From the NCBI GenBank assembly GCA_964106645.2, contig OZ067047.1: a DNA stretch of 64,000 nucleotides, one strand, 5' to 3'. Source of the stretch: Podarcis pityusensis (Eukaryota). Positions 49,424-61,203 of the stretch are shown here, in pieces. A program made the translations under genes and the position numbers. Position 1 is the stretch's first letter; every line of letters starts with the position of its first letter. The notes beneath the pieces were generated by a model. It made no database searches and was not told where the DNA came from. It saw only the letters and a program-made list of their open reading frames with translations.

Positions 49424-49893
49424 TTTGCTGTTCTGATTGCTGGAGCTGTTCCGATGACCTTGACAGACTCAAGATGTTGTCTCCTCTCTCAGCTTTCTGT
49501 GCTTTTCTGCAGGCCCCTGGTGAATACTCATGTGTGGACAATGCCGTTTCCATGGTGGCAATGACATCATAAAGCACCAGTGTATTAACCAGCAGCTTGT
49601 GATTTGCCAGCTATGCCTTGGCAAGATATTGCTTTGCAATGTTCAAGTTTAACTTGGTTCTCTATGTGTAGAGAACCTCAGGCCTTGGGTCTCCAAGCCT
49701 TGTCTGTCTGCTGCTTGGGACACTCCCCAAACCACACCTACTTTCCCCATGGCAATCTCCCCATGAACCCTGCTTCGCACTTTACTCAAGTATTTTTGCC
49801 TGGCTGGAATGTGTCTTTAAACTCTGATAATACTTTTTTGCTTTCCTGGATGGAAGATGGGAGGGTGGATGAGTTTGTGTAGAAACTAGTATA
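49424..49893 (-). pseudogene. Decayed upstream AKAP3/4-like coding relic, possibly now 5' UTR
   Basis: Weak AKAP-like blocks sit in other frames: ATMETAL..ACRKAQKAERGDNIL (~STMKAEM..PCKSLTSAEKVGEHIL) at about 49470-49560, and SFYTN..IQ (~SFYVN..IQ) at 49873-49887. They are separated by stops. Confidence 0.45.
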
Positions 49894-52174
49894 CTATACA
49901 AAGGTAATATTCACTTAATAATACCTTAGCCCACTTTTGCTTCTGAACCCATTAACCACAGGCATCTGGCCCCTAGGGGTTGTACGGAAGGGAATGAGGT
50001 CTTTGGTCTGAAAAAATGCTCCCCGACCCCTGCTGTATAGCCATGTTCAAGAATGTGAAAATGGAGCATTTCACTGTTGGGGAAATTTGGAGAGGTGGAT
50101 GATCTGCCATAGCAGAACTTACCACTACCAAAAATAAAAAAATAAAAAATTGGCAATGGGCATAAGCCTCCCACTGTGATTTAGGAATCAGTGTCTTATC
50201 CCCAGGAAACAGAATTGTGAAAAATGCAGCTGGTTATATGGAAGTTTGTGTAAGGAAGTCTGTGCCTTTGGAATCATGTGTTAATGAAATTGTCATGTCT
50301 GTTATTTTATTAACATACTTTTATTTCAAGTGAGTTGAATAAAATTTAGGCAATGGTAGTTTTTAACTGTATAAAATATAAATGTATGATTGTACCAATG
50401 GGTTTCACTGAAAATCAGTTGAAATGTTTTGTTAGTACTGTACTCAAATAAATATATAACTTGTACACAGCATAAAGCAGCTCAACAGCTAAAGATGCTC
50501 AGTTAATTAATTGTTTTAGTTATTGTTATGTATTTTATGCATTGTTATGAAACTGCAGTGGCATCACTCTGACTTGATGAAGGGTGGCCTGTAAATTATA
50601 GAACTAAATCAGTCAGTCTGATCTAAATCAAGGAGAAGGGAGGCCCACGCAGATGATATGGGGCAACCAACCCATTTTATCACATTGTGGCTTTTTGCAG
50701 GCCACATTCAGAGGTAAGCACTCCATTCAAGAGGTGGGCCAAACAAACATTTGATGGACTAAAAATTTTAAGGAATTCTGTAGATTGTTCTTTCTCTGTG
50801 TGTAGATAGATTAGATATACAGACAGACAGACAGATAGATAGATGATAGATAGATGTGTGTTTTTTTTAATATGTTGTTTTCTGTTAACCTTACAGATGT
50901 AAAATGTTAAACACTGAGATCTCAAGACAATAATAACGAAGTATAATGGGCCCACCCTATAGAACAAGCAGATAGGCTGGAGCAGGTCTACAAATCTTGC
51001 TCAGTCCCATGCCTCTCTGGATGGCTTCCTATGTTCTAATCAAGCAGGATATAAGGACATATTATCTTCTCCCATCACACACACACACAAATGCCTTTTA
51101 CGCAAATGTAAACACACAGAGGGCTCTTTCTCCATTGTGACAGATCCCGAGCAAGGGAATTCTAATTGCCATGCTGCACTGCCTATTAATAATTTTATTT
51201 TGCAGCAGGGATAGGGGCAAATGTCCCTGACAGTTGATCTTCTACCATCTACAGCCTCTATAAATATATTTTGGGCTGTGGGAAACCTTTAAAAAGCGCT
51301 AACAGCATTAGCACACTTTTCACTCCAAAGAGCTCTTTGAGAATGCTGCCAATTTCACTGGGATCCGAAGCTATAGCATAGTGGTTAACTTTGCTACGCA
51401 GAGCACTGAGAACTGTTATCAAGCAGCACTACTGCACACTGAACAAACTTGTTCTTAGCGAATATGCCTTTAGCAGCACAACATGTGGTTAAGGAAAGAT
51501 TTGCATTTTATTCCTATAGGGGCTGATTAAAAAAAGAGAGACACAACAGCAATTTTCTCAAGACTTGTTTGTGCGGTCCAGAGTATGGAAGGACTTAGCA
51601 TTTCTTTCCTATAAACGTGCTGTGCAGTGTACTTTCCAAGACACACATATCTGTACCAAAGGTGTTACGGATGCCCCAGCATGAAGCAACTCTGCTTCCT
51701 TCACTTAAGCAGAGACTAGCATCAGATATTTGCCAGGGGACAGAGAAGAGCCTGATGTTTCAAAGGGTATAAAGAATTTCAAAAGCCAACTCACTAGCAA
51801 AGAATTCATCATCAAAACAACAGGAATTGAAATAAGATGATGGTGATGTTTTAAAAACATTTTTACCCTGCTCTTCAAATGAAAGTGGGTCCCAGAAGGA
51901 CTTGCAGAATAATAATAAAAAACACGACAGTCGCTACTCTCAAGCCTACCATCTAAAAGACATGGCTCAAGGGGCGGAAAGGGGTCCGGAGGGATTATGG
52001 AGGGAAAGCAAATTCTGGCACCAGTTCTTACGATTACAAAGAAGAGTCGGCATAATAGATATTCTAAGAACCAGAAGTTTTAATTTCAAATGATGTAAAA
52101 TTCTTTCTGTTTTGATCCCTGTTGATTTTGAACTCTCCCCACCCTGGTCTCCATCCACGTATCCACCAACTCAC

Positions 52175-52223
52175 CCTGTATGAATATATCTGAGTAGAGT
52201 TAGCATAGTAGCTTTCCAGCTTT
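52175..52223 (-). other. Candidate 49-nt exon
   Basis: Acceptor ttgacttgtctgtgcAG| and donor AGG|GTGAGT, both close to consensus. Confidence 0.4.
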
Positions 52224-52635
52224 CTGCACAGACAAGTCAATGGGGAACCAAAAATGACTGAAGCACAAGTGCCATCGTGTTTATGGGGAACAGTTTCATT
52301 GAAATAACATATCTGATCAGGAAGATTGCCTTTGTAGTTGCACCTTTAGGGCTGGTCTACTAGTTTAGATGGGTTTCTTAAACTGAGTTTCTGATTAGCT
52401 GAAACACAAAGACCAATTATGACCTGACGGCTGCTGAAACCATCCTCTGATGAGTGGATTTGTCAAGATTTTCTATTGTTAGCAGAATGTAAAACTAACA
52501 AAACTGGTTGAATAAACAGGAATGTATGTTTACAGGGTGTTCTGGCTTGCTTCAGAGGATTCTTATATTTAGAACGTCCAAACCAGTTGTGTTTTCTGAA
52601 AGCCTTGCAAGAAAGTATATTACCTATGCTATACC

Positions 52636-52697
52636 CAGGGCTCTTTTTTTCTCTCCATGTGAGTTCTGGTGCCTCTTTTTCTAGAAGAATAGCACTG
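52636..52697. mobile_element. Very short (62 bp) hAT-type MITE
   Basis: CAGGGCT...AGCACTG termini; TSD GCTATACC/GCTATATC (7/8 match). Confidence 0.55.
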
Positions 52698-52773
52698 GCT
52701 ATATCCCAGGCCTAAAAAGCCCAACAAGGTGCCATACTAAAGTTCCAATTTTAAAACTGTGTACCTTTGTATT

Positions 52774-53135
52774 AGGGGATGCGGGTGGCACTGTGGTCAA
52801 CCACTGAGCCTAGGGCTTGCCACTCGGAAGGTTGGAGGTTCAAATCCCCACGACGGGGTGAGCTCCTGTTGCTCGGTCCCAGCTCCTGCCAACCTAGCAG
52901 TTTGAAAGCACGTCAAAGTGCAAGTAGATAAATAGGTACCGCTCCGGCGGGAAGGTAAACGGCGTTTCCATGCGCTGCTCTGGTTCACCAGAAGTGGCTT
53001 AGTCATACTGGCCACATGACCTGGAAAAACTGTCTGCGGACAAACGTCAGCTCCCTCGGCCAGTAAAGCGAGATGAGCGCCACAACCCCAGAGTCGTCTG
53101 CGACTGGACTTAACTGTCAGTGTTCCTTTACCTTT
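52774..53135 (+). mobile_element. Sauria SINE, full length
   Basis: Complete copy; 12-bp TSD TACCTTTGTATT at 52762-73 and 53136-47. Confidence 0.95.
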
Positions 53136-53449
53136 TACCTTTGTATTGGTGACTTTCATACATCCCAATATGTTCCTAAATCACTAGCTATTCTCTAGGT
53201 CAGTAACCAGTTGTCCTGAAATTGGTTTGGGTATCTAAATATTATTGACTCATGATTTTTAGAAAGGACAGATTGATATGTCTTGGGGGTGGGGAAGGAG
53301 AGAAGAATCAGTGCCAAAACAACCTATTGTTTGAGGGGGGAAAGTAGATATTTGCATTGCACTTTGCAGTTACACAAGGCAGCAAGAAAATGTTATATTA
53401 TACTGATGTATTTAGTACTGTGCACTGACTTCCTGTTAGCCACCATGCC

Positions 53450-53855
53450 TAATTCAAGGTATAAGACCCTACACAATCTGGGACCAAGTACTCTACCCAA
53501 TATCTCCCCATCTTTTAAGGTTTGTGGGTGCTCATAGTGCCACCAATGAGCAAGGCCTGTGAGGTAATGGCACAAGGAAGAGCCTCCCTATGGAACTCCC
53601 TCCCACCTGACCTTAGTTCACTTGAACACTGCTGACGTTTCAGCATCGCGTAAAGATATTTTTATTGTGCCAGGCATTTGGTGGTTAACTGTAGATCTCA
53701 AAAGAGTTTATTGTTTTCATGGATGTGTTTTTAAAAGTTGATGTTGATTGGTTGTAATTTTAATTATTGGTTTATGATATTTATGTTGGGTGGTTTTTAG
53801 GCACCTAAGGCTAACAGGAGACACAGTGGAGTATTAGTACAATCAATAAATAAAA
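53450..53855 (+). mobile_element. Old L2 LINE 3' fragment
   Basis: attcaagg..tataagaccctacacaatctgggacca..ggaactccctccc resembles the L2 3' end; aataaataaa tail. Confidence 0.55.
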
Positions 53856-53981
53856 TTAATGATTGTATGTCAACCAAATTCTGCAACAGAGCAACGCAAC
53901 ATGCCTTCACTTGTCAGTGACTTCTTCCTCCACATTTACAAGACCCGTTCAGCATCCCAGGTAAACTAACCTTGATGTGAT

Positions 53982-54102
53982 ATGCATTTGCATAATACCA
54001 GCTCATAAGCTTTGTGATGCACAGGGGACTGAAGCCAGTTGCCAAGCAACCTGAGCAGAGACCTAGGGTATCGCTCCATGGCAAGGTGACCTATTGACAT
54101 CA
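53982..54102 (-). promoter_or_regulatory. Candidate germ-cell promoter/enhancer (RFX X-box, CRE-like, octamer/MORE)
   Basis: GTTGCCAAGCAAC 54038-50 matches GTNRCC(N0-3)RGYAAC. A second X-box-like GCTCCATGGCAAG lies at 54073-85, TGACATCA at 54095-102 and ATGCATTTGCAT at 53982-93. Confidence 0.4.
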
Positions 54103-55822
54103 GCTTGTGCTTTATGATTGTCAAGCCACTGACAAAGAGTTATACTTTTTAGGTAAGGTCTTAGTCAGGCCTTTAAGAGACTTGCTATAATTGTGTTGAA
54201 AAACCTGTGATGTAGGCATTTTGCTGGCATTTTTTTTGTATATTCCAGTGAGGCACGATTTGAATGATGTGCAAACATTTACAAATTAATACTGAATTAA
54301 TCACGCTGCACTGTCTCCCTCCATCTATTTTTAAAGCCTATAAATTCTCAACTAATATAAATCACTGTAGCTCAACCAAAGTTAACAAGTCTGCTCAGAT
54401 TTACTCCAGCACAGGCTGGGTCCATAAAGTTTAGAACGGGAACAAACAAGGCTGTAGTGTGCTGGATATGCTTTGCCTTTTCTGGTCTTCACCCAGCCTG
54501 AAAAAAATTGGCCAAGATGTGCAGGGATTCCAAAGGCCAAGCAAATGATTGTTATGACAAGCATTCTTTGATAAGAAGTTGACAGAGATAGATTTTCATT
54601 CCGTTCCCCATAGGTGCTCAACAAATAAATGAACACACACAGCTTGCACCTGAATTACAGGATCCAAAAGACAATGAGCCTGCAGGAAGCCATGGCTTAA
54701 TTCTGCCTTCTCTCCATTGTTTGGGGTGTTTTTTTTCTGCACAGGAAGCAAATTATTCATATTACTGATGGAGACAAGTGAACATTCAGAGCTCTCAGAG
54801 GAGAGACAGGCAATGAGGAGCATTTTTGTAAAGACTCGAAAACATGGGAGGGGCTGTAATCAGGCTTACAGCACAGTCCGGCCAAGAAACTTCAAAGACT
54901 GGAGAGCAGTTCAAGGCTCACAGCTAGATTTGAACCTATGTGCTAGGAACACAGAGAGGTTAGGATTTGGAAGAAAGCTAGAACAGTCATCTTCGGGTGG
55001 GTGCTTATATGAAGAATTGCCGACAGCAGCACCTAGGTGGTGATGAAAAGAGTCGCCAGCCCAGTCACTGAGACAAGTGGAAGTGAGATAGAGAAACTAG
55101 TTCTGTTAATCCCTGCAAATGGATTGTGCTAATAAAAGTGGGGGAGCAGGGATGAACTAGCTTCACCTGTATATTTACTGGCAGAGAACTTGCACCTTTA
55201 CCATGAGTGGGCAAACAACTAAGTAGGGTTAATATGTGCTTTCCACAACAAGCACATGAACTGGGCTGGCTGTGTGCTTTGTGTTAGTGAAAAACCTACT
55301 TGTGCTATGCCAGCATCCCAAATGCTTTCTGAATGCAATAATTTTTCCTGGCATGGGCAATATCTGACTCCCAGATGACGTCCAATTTAAATGTTTTACA
55401 AGTGTGCTAGATATGCTGGCTATGTCATTCAAGACCCTGATAAACCTCTTAATTTTTTTTTGCTGCCCGCCTAGGACTACTAAACAAACAAACAAACAAA
55501 CAAACAGGGTCAGTCAAGCACCTGGAAGCCAGATTCAAATACATGCCTGATAGGCTACACCCAACTGAACAATAATAACTCTGAGGACCTATCTAGTTTA
55601 AAATGTATTATTGTGCAAGGCTGCCATCTTTGCTTACTGGGAAATAAATCCCAGGAGCTTACTTTTAAGAAGTGATGCATAAGCTGTAAGAGACTAACTG
55701 GATTCCTCTAGGAAGCCTACAAGCAGGCCATTAATTCAACACATTTTTCTGCTGTTTCCCAACAACTGGTATCCAGTGGCTGTACTGCCTCTGAACCCAG
55801 GGGTGCTAAACTACAAGTTGAA

Positions 55823-55968
55823 TGGGAATTGCTTGTGGGAAGAGTGCTGTTGCGTTCATGTGCAGCTTACAGGCTTCCCATAGGCATCTGTTTGGCCACT
55901 ATGAAGACAGGGTGCTGGACTAGATAAGTCTTTGGCATGATCTAGCAGGCTCTTCTTACATTATCATA
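55823..55968 (+). mobile_element. CR1 LINE 3' UTR fragment
   Basis: ggcttcccataggcatctg..ggccact..gctggactagat..tgatctagcaggctcttctta, typical of squamate CR1 3' ends. Confidence 0.65.
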
Positions 55969-56066
55969 TGGCCACCGAGACTAATAGTTTTAGCTGCTGC
56001 TGTCTTTTCTCCTGTATCTTGTGCATCTTCCCCTCTATTGTGTTAAGAAAACTCAATGCATCCAAG

Positions 56067-56208
56067 CAGTGCTTTTCCCCCTAGAAAAATAGGTGCCAGT
56101 ACTCACCATGAAGTCGTTACAGTAAGTGGCACACTTTTTAACAACAACATAAAGAGGTGCTGGTACTGCGTACCATGGAGTTCCCCCTGATAGACAGAAA
56201 AAGCACTG
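56067..56208. mobile_element. hAT MITE
   Basis: TIR CAGTGCTTTT / AAAAGCACTG; perfect 8-bp TSD CATCCAAG (56059-66, 56209-16). Confidence 0.9.
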
Positions 56209-56798
56209 CATCCAAGAAACATGCCACTTTATGTACAGAAACCACTGCTAGCATCTGCAGGTTGGGTGGAGTTTCTATGGCACCTTTCTTCAAAAGAGGG
56301 TTGCCTCAAGCAAGTATTTTGTTGTCAAAGTTTACATAAATGTTACTGGAAAGACAAGCTATGTCTTGTTTCTGAAATCTGTGGATGTACAAAACTAGCC
56401 CAGATACATACAGTCACCCCACACATACTCACAAGTTCCAGTCTCCAGAAAGGGCAAAATGCCCTTGAGGAACACAATATAGACACCTCTTACTGGGGTA
56501 GGGGACAACCTTTGAGTGTGCAAAAAGACAGCTGGAGGAGAAAGAACTTTCCTACTAGTCCTCTATTCAATACTGCAGTGTCCTGGTGTTGCTTTTGCTA
56601 AGGGCAATCCTAAACAAGACTTCTCAGAAATAAGTATCACTGAGTTCAATAAAGTTTATTCCTAGGTAAGAGCATCTAGAGTTGTAGCCTGCATACCATG
56701 ACTAGTTTGGTCTATCATCTTCTTGCCTTCCAACAGATGCTTATCAACTTATTCAGGGCTGCATGTGAAATACTGGAGCCATGTATGGATGCAGGCAA

Positions 56799-56801
<3 letters not shown>

Positions 56802-56830
<29 letters not shown>

Positions 56831-56839
56831 CACACCACA

Positions 56840-56873
<34 letters not shown>
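56802..56873. repeat. Compound (CA)n/(CACAC)n microsatellite
   Basis: Read directly. Confidence 0.95.
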
Positions 56874-56875
<2 letters not shown>

Positions 56876-57630
56876 TGCAGGAGACTTTGGTACATATGGG
56901 ACGGGACATCTATGCATCCTGTTTCCACATGGATCCCTCTTGCTAGGTTGCAAACTGATATTAGGAGAGATCAGGAAGTGGAGTATCTTACTGCTCTTAC
57001 TAGATAAAGCTTCTGCTTTGGGTTTACAAGCACTGAATTTGCATGTATGGATCTGCCCCACCCTTAATTTTAATGTGAAAATTGCCTAGTTGCTTTTTTT
57101 GTGGGGGTGATTTATAAATTCAATAAGAGATGAATAAATAATTGAACCAATGCTCCATCAAGCTAATAGATAGAATCTCTGGTAAATGTCTTTATTAGCT
57201 CCGTGATTATGTGTATTACAGTATTATTTATGGTCTCTTTGAAGGACTACCTTTATTTGAAAGGCTGCATTGGTCCAAGTATGGTTTAAAGGTGAAGAGA
57301 GGAGAGCAGAAGAGGCCTCAAAGTTGCCCATTAGCAATAAGCACTTTTGCGTGAAAAAGAAAATGAAACAATGAGACATGGATTTGGGGAATGAAGACAA
57401 TGTTTATATAAAGTGATTTTGTTGGAGTGGATTAAGTGACTATTGTTTATATAAAGCGGACAGATAAAAAATCAGAATGTCTTTAACTTATATGTTTTAT
57501 CTTTTCTATTCTCTCTTTTGTTTTCTATCTCTTTCTTATCATTTTCTCTCATTTTCTCTTCTTTTCCTTTCTCCTCCCTACCTTTTCCTTTTCCTTTTTT
57601 CCTCTATGTTTTTATTTTATATAGATTAAT

Positions 57631-57634
<4 letters not shown>

Positions 57635-57667
<33 letters not shown>
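57635..57667. repeat. (TA)n microsatellite in a pyrimidine/AT-rich low-complexity tract
   Basis: Read directly. Confidence 0.95.
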
Positions 57668-57669
<2 letters not shown>

Positions 57670-58320
57670 TATTATGTTTTATATCTCTCTTTATAAACTC
57701 TAATAAAATTAGATAATAATAAGCACCTGGACAGCAGAATAACCAAGCATGAAGCTCACCTGGTCATAGGTTTCTCAACTACGGTGAGATGTATTGTATT
57801 TCTGTTTATATCATAAATAATATATTATTACTTTTACATTATATTTAATTGTTTCTACATTTCTACAGCTTGGAAGACAAAACTCTGTTTTCAACAGAAA
57901 ATAAAAGAAAGAAAAATTACAACCCTTGTTTGCAAAATGAGAGCATTCTGGAAATCTGATTTTGTTCCAGGAATGTACTTTGAAAACAAACAACTTGAAA
58001 ATTCCTGAGCCCTACCCATTGGCTTATTACCCTGGTTCTCCATCTGCTCAGGCAGACCTGAAGACCCTTTGCTGACATTTAACATCAAACCTTCCTAATC
58101 CCAATTTAATGAGTTAAGTCCATTGCTAACTGACAGGTATCGTGAAGAGGAGGCCACACAAAGGATGCATGAGCAAGAACTTCAGTAAAAATGGTTCATG
58201 GAGGGAAAGCCATGTGGCAGGCTGCTGCTAGGAATATATAATTGAAGCTAAAAGCACAGTGCCCGAAAGCTGTCAGCAGAGTCACAACACTACACTACAC
58301 TCCTAGAGGGTTACTAGCAC

Positions 58321-58471
58321 CAGTGCTTGGGGGGGCGGACGCAGGGGTACACATACCCCTAAACATTTTGTGAATCTAAGTTTGGCCTCATGGAGGAACA
58401 GTATTTCAATATGTGTAAGAAAATGAGAATACCCCTAAATATATATTTTTTTGGGGGGAGGAGGAGCACTG
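58321..58471. mobile_element. hAT MITE
   Basis: TIR CAGTGCT / AGCACTG; perfect 8-bp TSD ACTAGCAC (58313-20, 58472-79). Confidence 0.85.
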
Positions 58472-58785
58472 ACTAGCACTGTACTTCAGGAAGTCAAGTG
58501 GCAAATTTTCAATTTTGGATTTGTTTTGGCTATAGCACATACAAACACTGTCTTCTAAATAATATCGTTTTCTTAATTTAATATATATGTAAGCCATGCA
58601 TGCCTTCCCTGCGTTGCATATTTGCAAAAGGCACATTTGGTTTTCCAGATTTTTCTGCATTTCATACTCGGGAAATACTAGTAATGATGTGTGTGAGAGA
58701 GAGAGGTGGGTGGAGACTGTGCATGTGTAGTGTTCTGGAATCTCTACAGTGCATCAGACACATTATCTCAATAATGCCCTGTGAG

Positions 58786-59138
58786 GTAGAGGTAAAGGGA
58801 CCCCTGACCTTTAGGTCCAGTCACGAACGACTCTGAGGTTGCGGCGCTCATCTCGCTTTACTGGCTGAGGAAGCCAGCGTACAGCTTCCAGGTCATGTGG
58901 CCAGCATGACTAAGTCGCTTCTGGCGAACCAGAGCAGCGCATGGAAATGCCATTTACCTTCCCGCCGGAGCAGTACCTATTTATCTACTTGCACTTTGAC
59001 GTGCTTTCGAACTGCTAGGTTGGCAGGAACAGGGACCGAACAACGGGAGCTCACCCCATTGCAAGAATTCGAACCGCTGACCTTCCGATCAGTAAGCCCT
59101 AGGCTCTGTTGTTTAGACCACAGCACCACCCACGTCCC
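58786..59138 (-). mobile_element. Sauria SINE, full length, inserted in an older MIR-like relic
   Basis: 12-bp TSD ATGCCCTGTGAG (58774-85, 59139-50). The flanks rejoin as ccctgtgag-ataggtcagcattattat..gaggctgag, a MIR-like minus strand. Confidence 0.93.
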
Positions 59139-60496
59139 ATGCCCTGTGAGATAGGTCAGCATTATTATTTGCATATTGCTGCCTGGAGGCTGAGCCAGTG
59201 ACATTCCAAAATCAATATAATAGCATGTTCACAGCTGAGGCAAAAATTGAACTGGGGACATGGTACTGTTGTAAGTTGTCATCTGAACAAGTAAAAAAAA
59301 AAAATGAAGCATAAATGGAGTTTTGCCAGTATAGAATATGTCCATTTTGAAGCACTGACATCAGTAAACTTTGCCAGGTTTAGGGCTAATTTACATTACT
59401 ATTGTTGTTATTAAAAATTATAAATTGCTTGCTCAAGAAATTATCCAAGAGATGTACAGAAGTAGGTGTGTTGGCTGCATTCTCCATCCATATTCCCTGC
59501 AACTGACTGCCAGCCTCTGGGATGACTTTGCTGCATGTTTTGAGATCTGCATCTCCTTCCTCTTTGCCCCGCAGGGAACAGTTGCGTAAAACAGCAGCAA
59601 ATGTTCTTGCTACTATGAAGTGTGGAGCAACCCTTAGGTAGTTTTTGCACCTGAAGCAGAAAGTCAAAATGATACCTCCATTGTTAATGGCAAGCTGAGT
59701 CAGAGGCAAGAGACTGGAAAATGTCTGGAATCTGTGTAGTTTACAACCCTCTCTCTTATACGCAAAATCCACACGCCAAGCATGACCACCCTGAATGTTG
59801 GGAATGTTTAGAGGCAACTATAGATTTTGAAATCACTTATCTCAGGAGCGCTGTTTTGTTTTGTGATACCTGTCTCATCTCGTCTTACCACACCCAATTA
59901 ATTGCCTGTGGAGGTAAATAAATGCTTTCCACCCTCTTTCACCATTGTGTTGGTCAATTCTATGCAGTTTTTAAAAGATTTATATTACACGGCACCTTGT
60001 CATTCCCACTCTACCACCATCCCAGGCAGTGCAGAATAAGAAAAAGAAATGCAATTAACAAGTATTGGATTAATAGTCACAGCGTTAGCCAAAGGTTTTG
60101 GTTTTCACATTGCTCTGCTGGTTCTCTTTCAGACTCCAGCAGGGAGCTTGAGGGGCTTAAAGTACACAGTAATTTCATTAATCTATCAAGTAACCAGCGG
60201 AAACATACACACCACCACACAATTAGTGCACACAAACACACACCCCACTATGTGCATGTTCAGCACATGCCAGAAGTGGCTCTACATGCATTCTGAAATA
60301 TGCATATATAGCTCCTGCACAAGAGAGTGGGACCTTGGCTAGTCAGGTATGAGCACTACACAGGTATAGCAGTATACATTCAGATCCCCTTCTGACACAC
60401 ACTAAATGCACAGGCAGCAGGGAGCCAGGGCTAACTCAAGCGTCCTCACAACCTCCCCCAAGGAACCCCCTTCTTCCTTTGACATCATGAGATCTT

Positions 60497-60689
60497 GGCT
60501 GTGTACATGCCATATCTTTAAAGCTTCATCGAAACACATTCATTCCCTCCAAGAATTCTGGGCACTGTAGTTTGCCCCTCACAGAGTTAAAACTCCCAGC
60601 AACCCCTAACAAACTACAGTGCCCAGAATTCTTTGAAGGAATGAATGTGCTTCAAATGTGCTTTGAAGGTATAGTGTGTTTACTCACCC
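60497..60689. mobile_element. PIF/Harbinger (Chompy-like) palindromic MITE
   Basis: Arms cacattcattcc..aagaattctgggcactgtagtttg / caaactacagtgcccagaattct..ggaatgaatgtg. Confidence 0.7.
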
Positions 60690-61203
60690 TATTTCTGTCC
60701 ACATTTCTGTAAGGATCACAGCTACTGGGTCATGTTTCTAGGGTAGGAGTTAGGCCACAAACTTGAATATGCTTATAGCAGAATATGCTTACTTATACAA
60801 ACAATTTTTTGTTGGCCTTGTGGTTGAGAAAGCTCAAAGTATGGCTTTCCCATAGTCTATGGATATGTGTACACAATCAATTTTGTTGTGAGAATTATCT
60901 AAGAGATTGAGGTTTTCTGTGCTGAATCTCCACTGAGATGGACTGGAGTAAATCCCGTAATCTAGGTCCAGAATTGCAAAACATCTCCTTGCCTTTATCT
61001 GCTGATTGTAAAAGCTGCAGCTTTCTGCAGCCTTGTTTCACTCACCTTCTTCATCAGTTGGAAAGAAGTTGTGTGACAATAGGATGTGGTGCAGCCAAGT
61101 TTTACATATTGATTAACATTAACTAACCAGCTCCTTGGGTTTAGGTTTCTGGTGAATTTTACATAAGGTGTCAGTTGATGTAAAAATGTACATTCCACAT
61201 AAA

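Noticed and set aside
3209-59204. Recurring similar peptides (GHVASMTKPLL, TYLSTCTLTCF) in several ORFs
   Set aside because: Translations of Sauria SINE copies, not a protein family.
59575-59637. Plus-strand 63-nt exon candidate (EQLRKTAANVLATMKCGATL)
   Set aside because: Good acceptor but weak donor (GTAGTT), no recognisable peptide and no partner exons on the plus strand.
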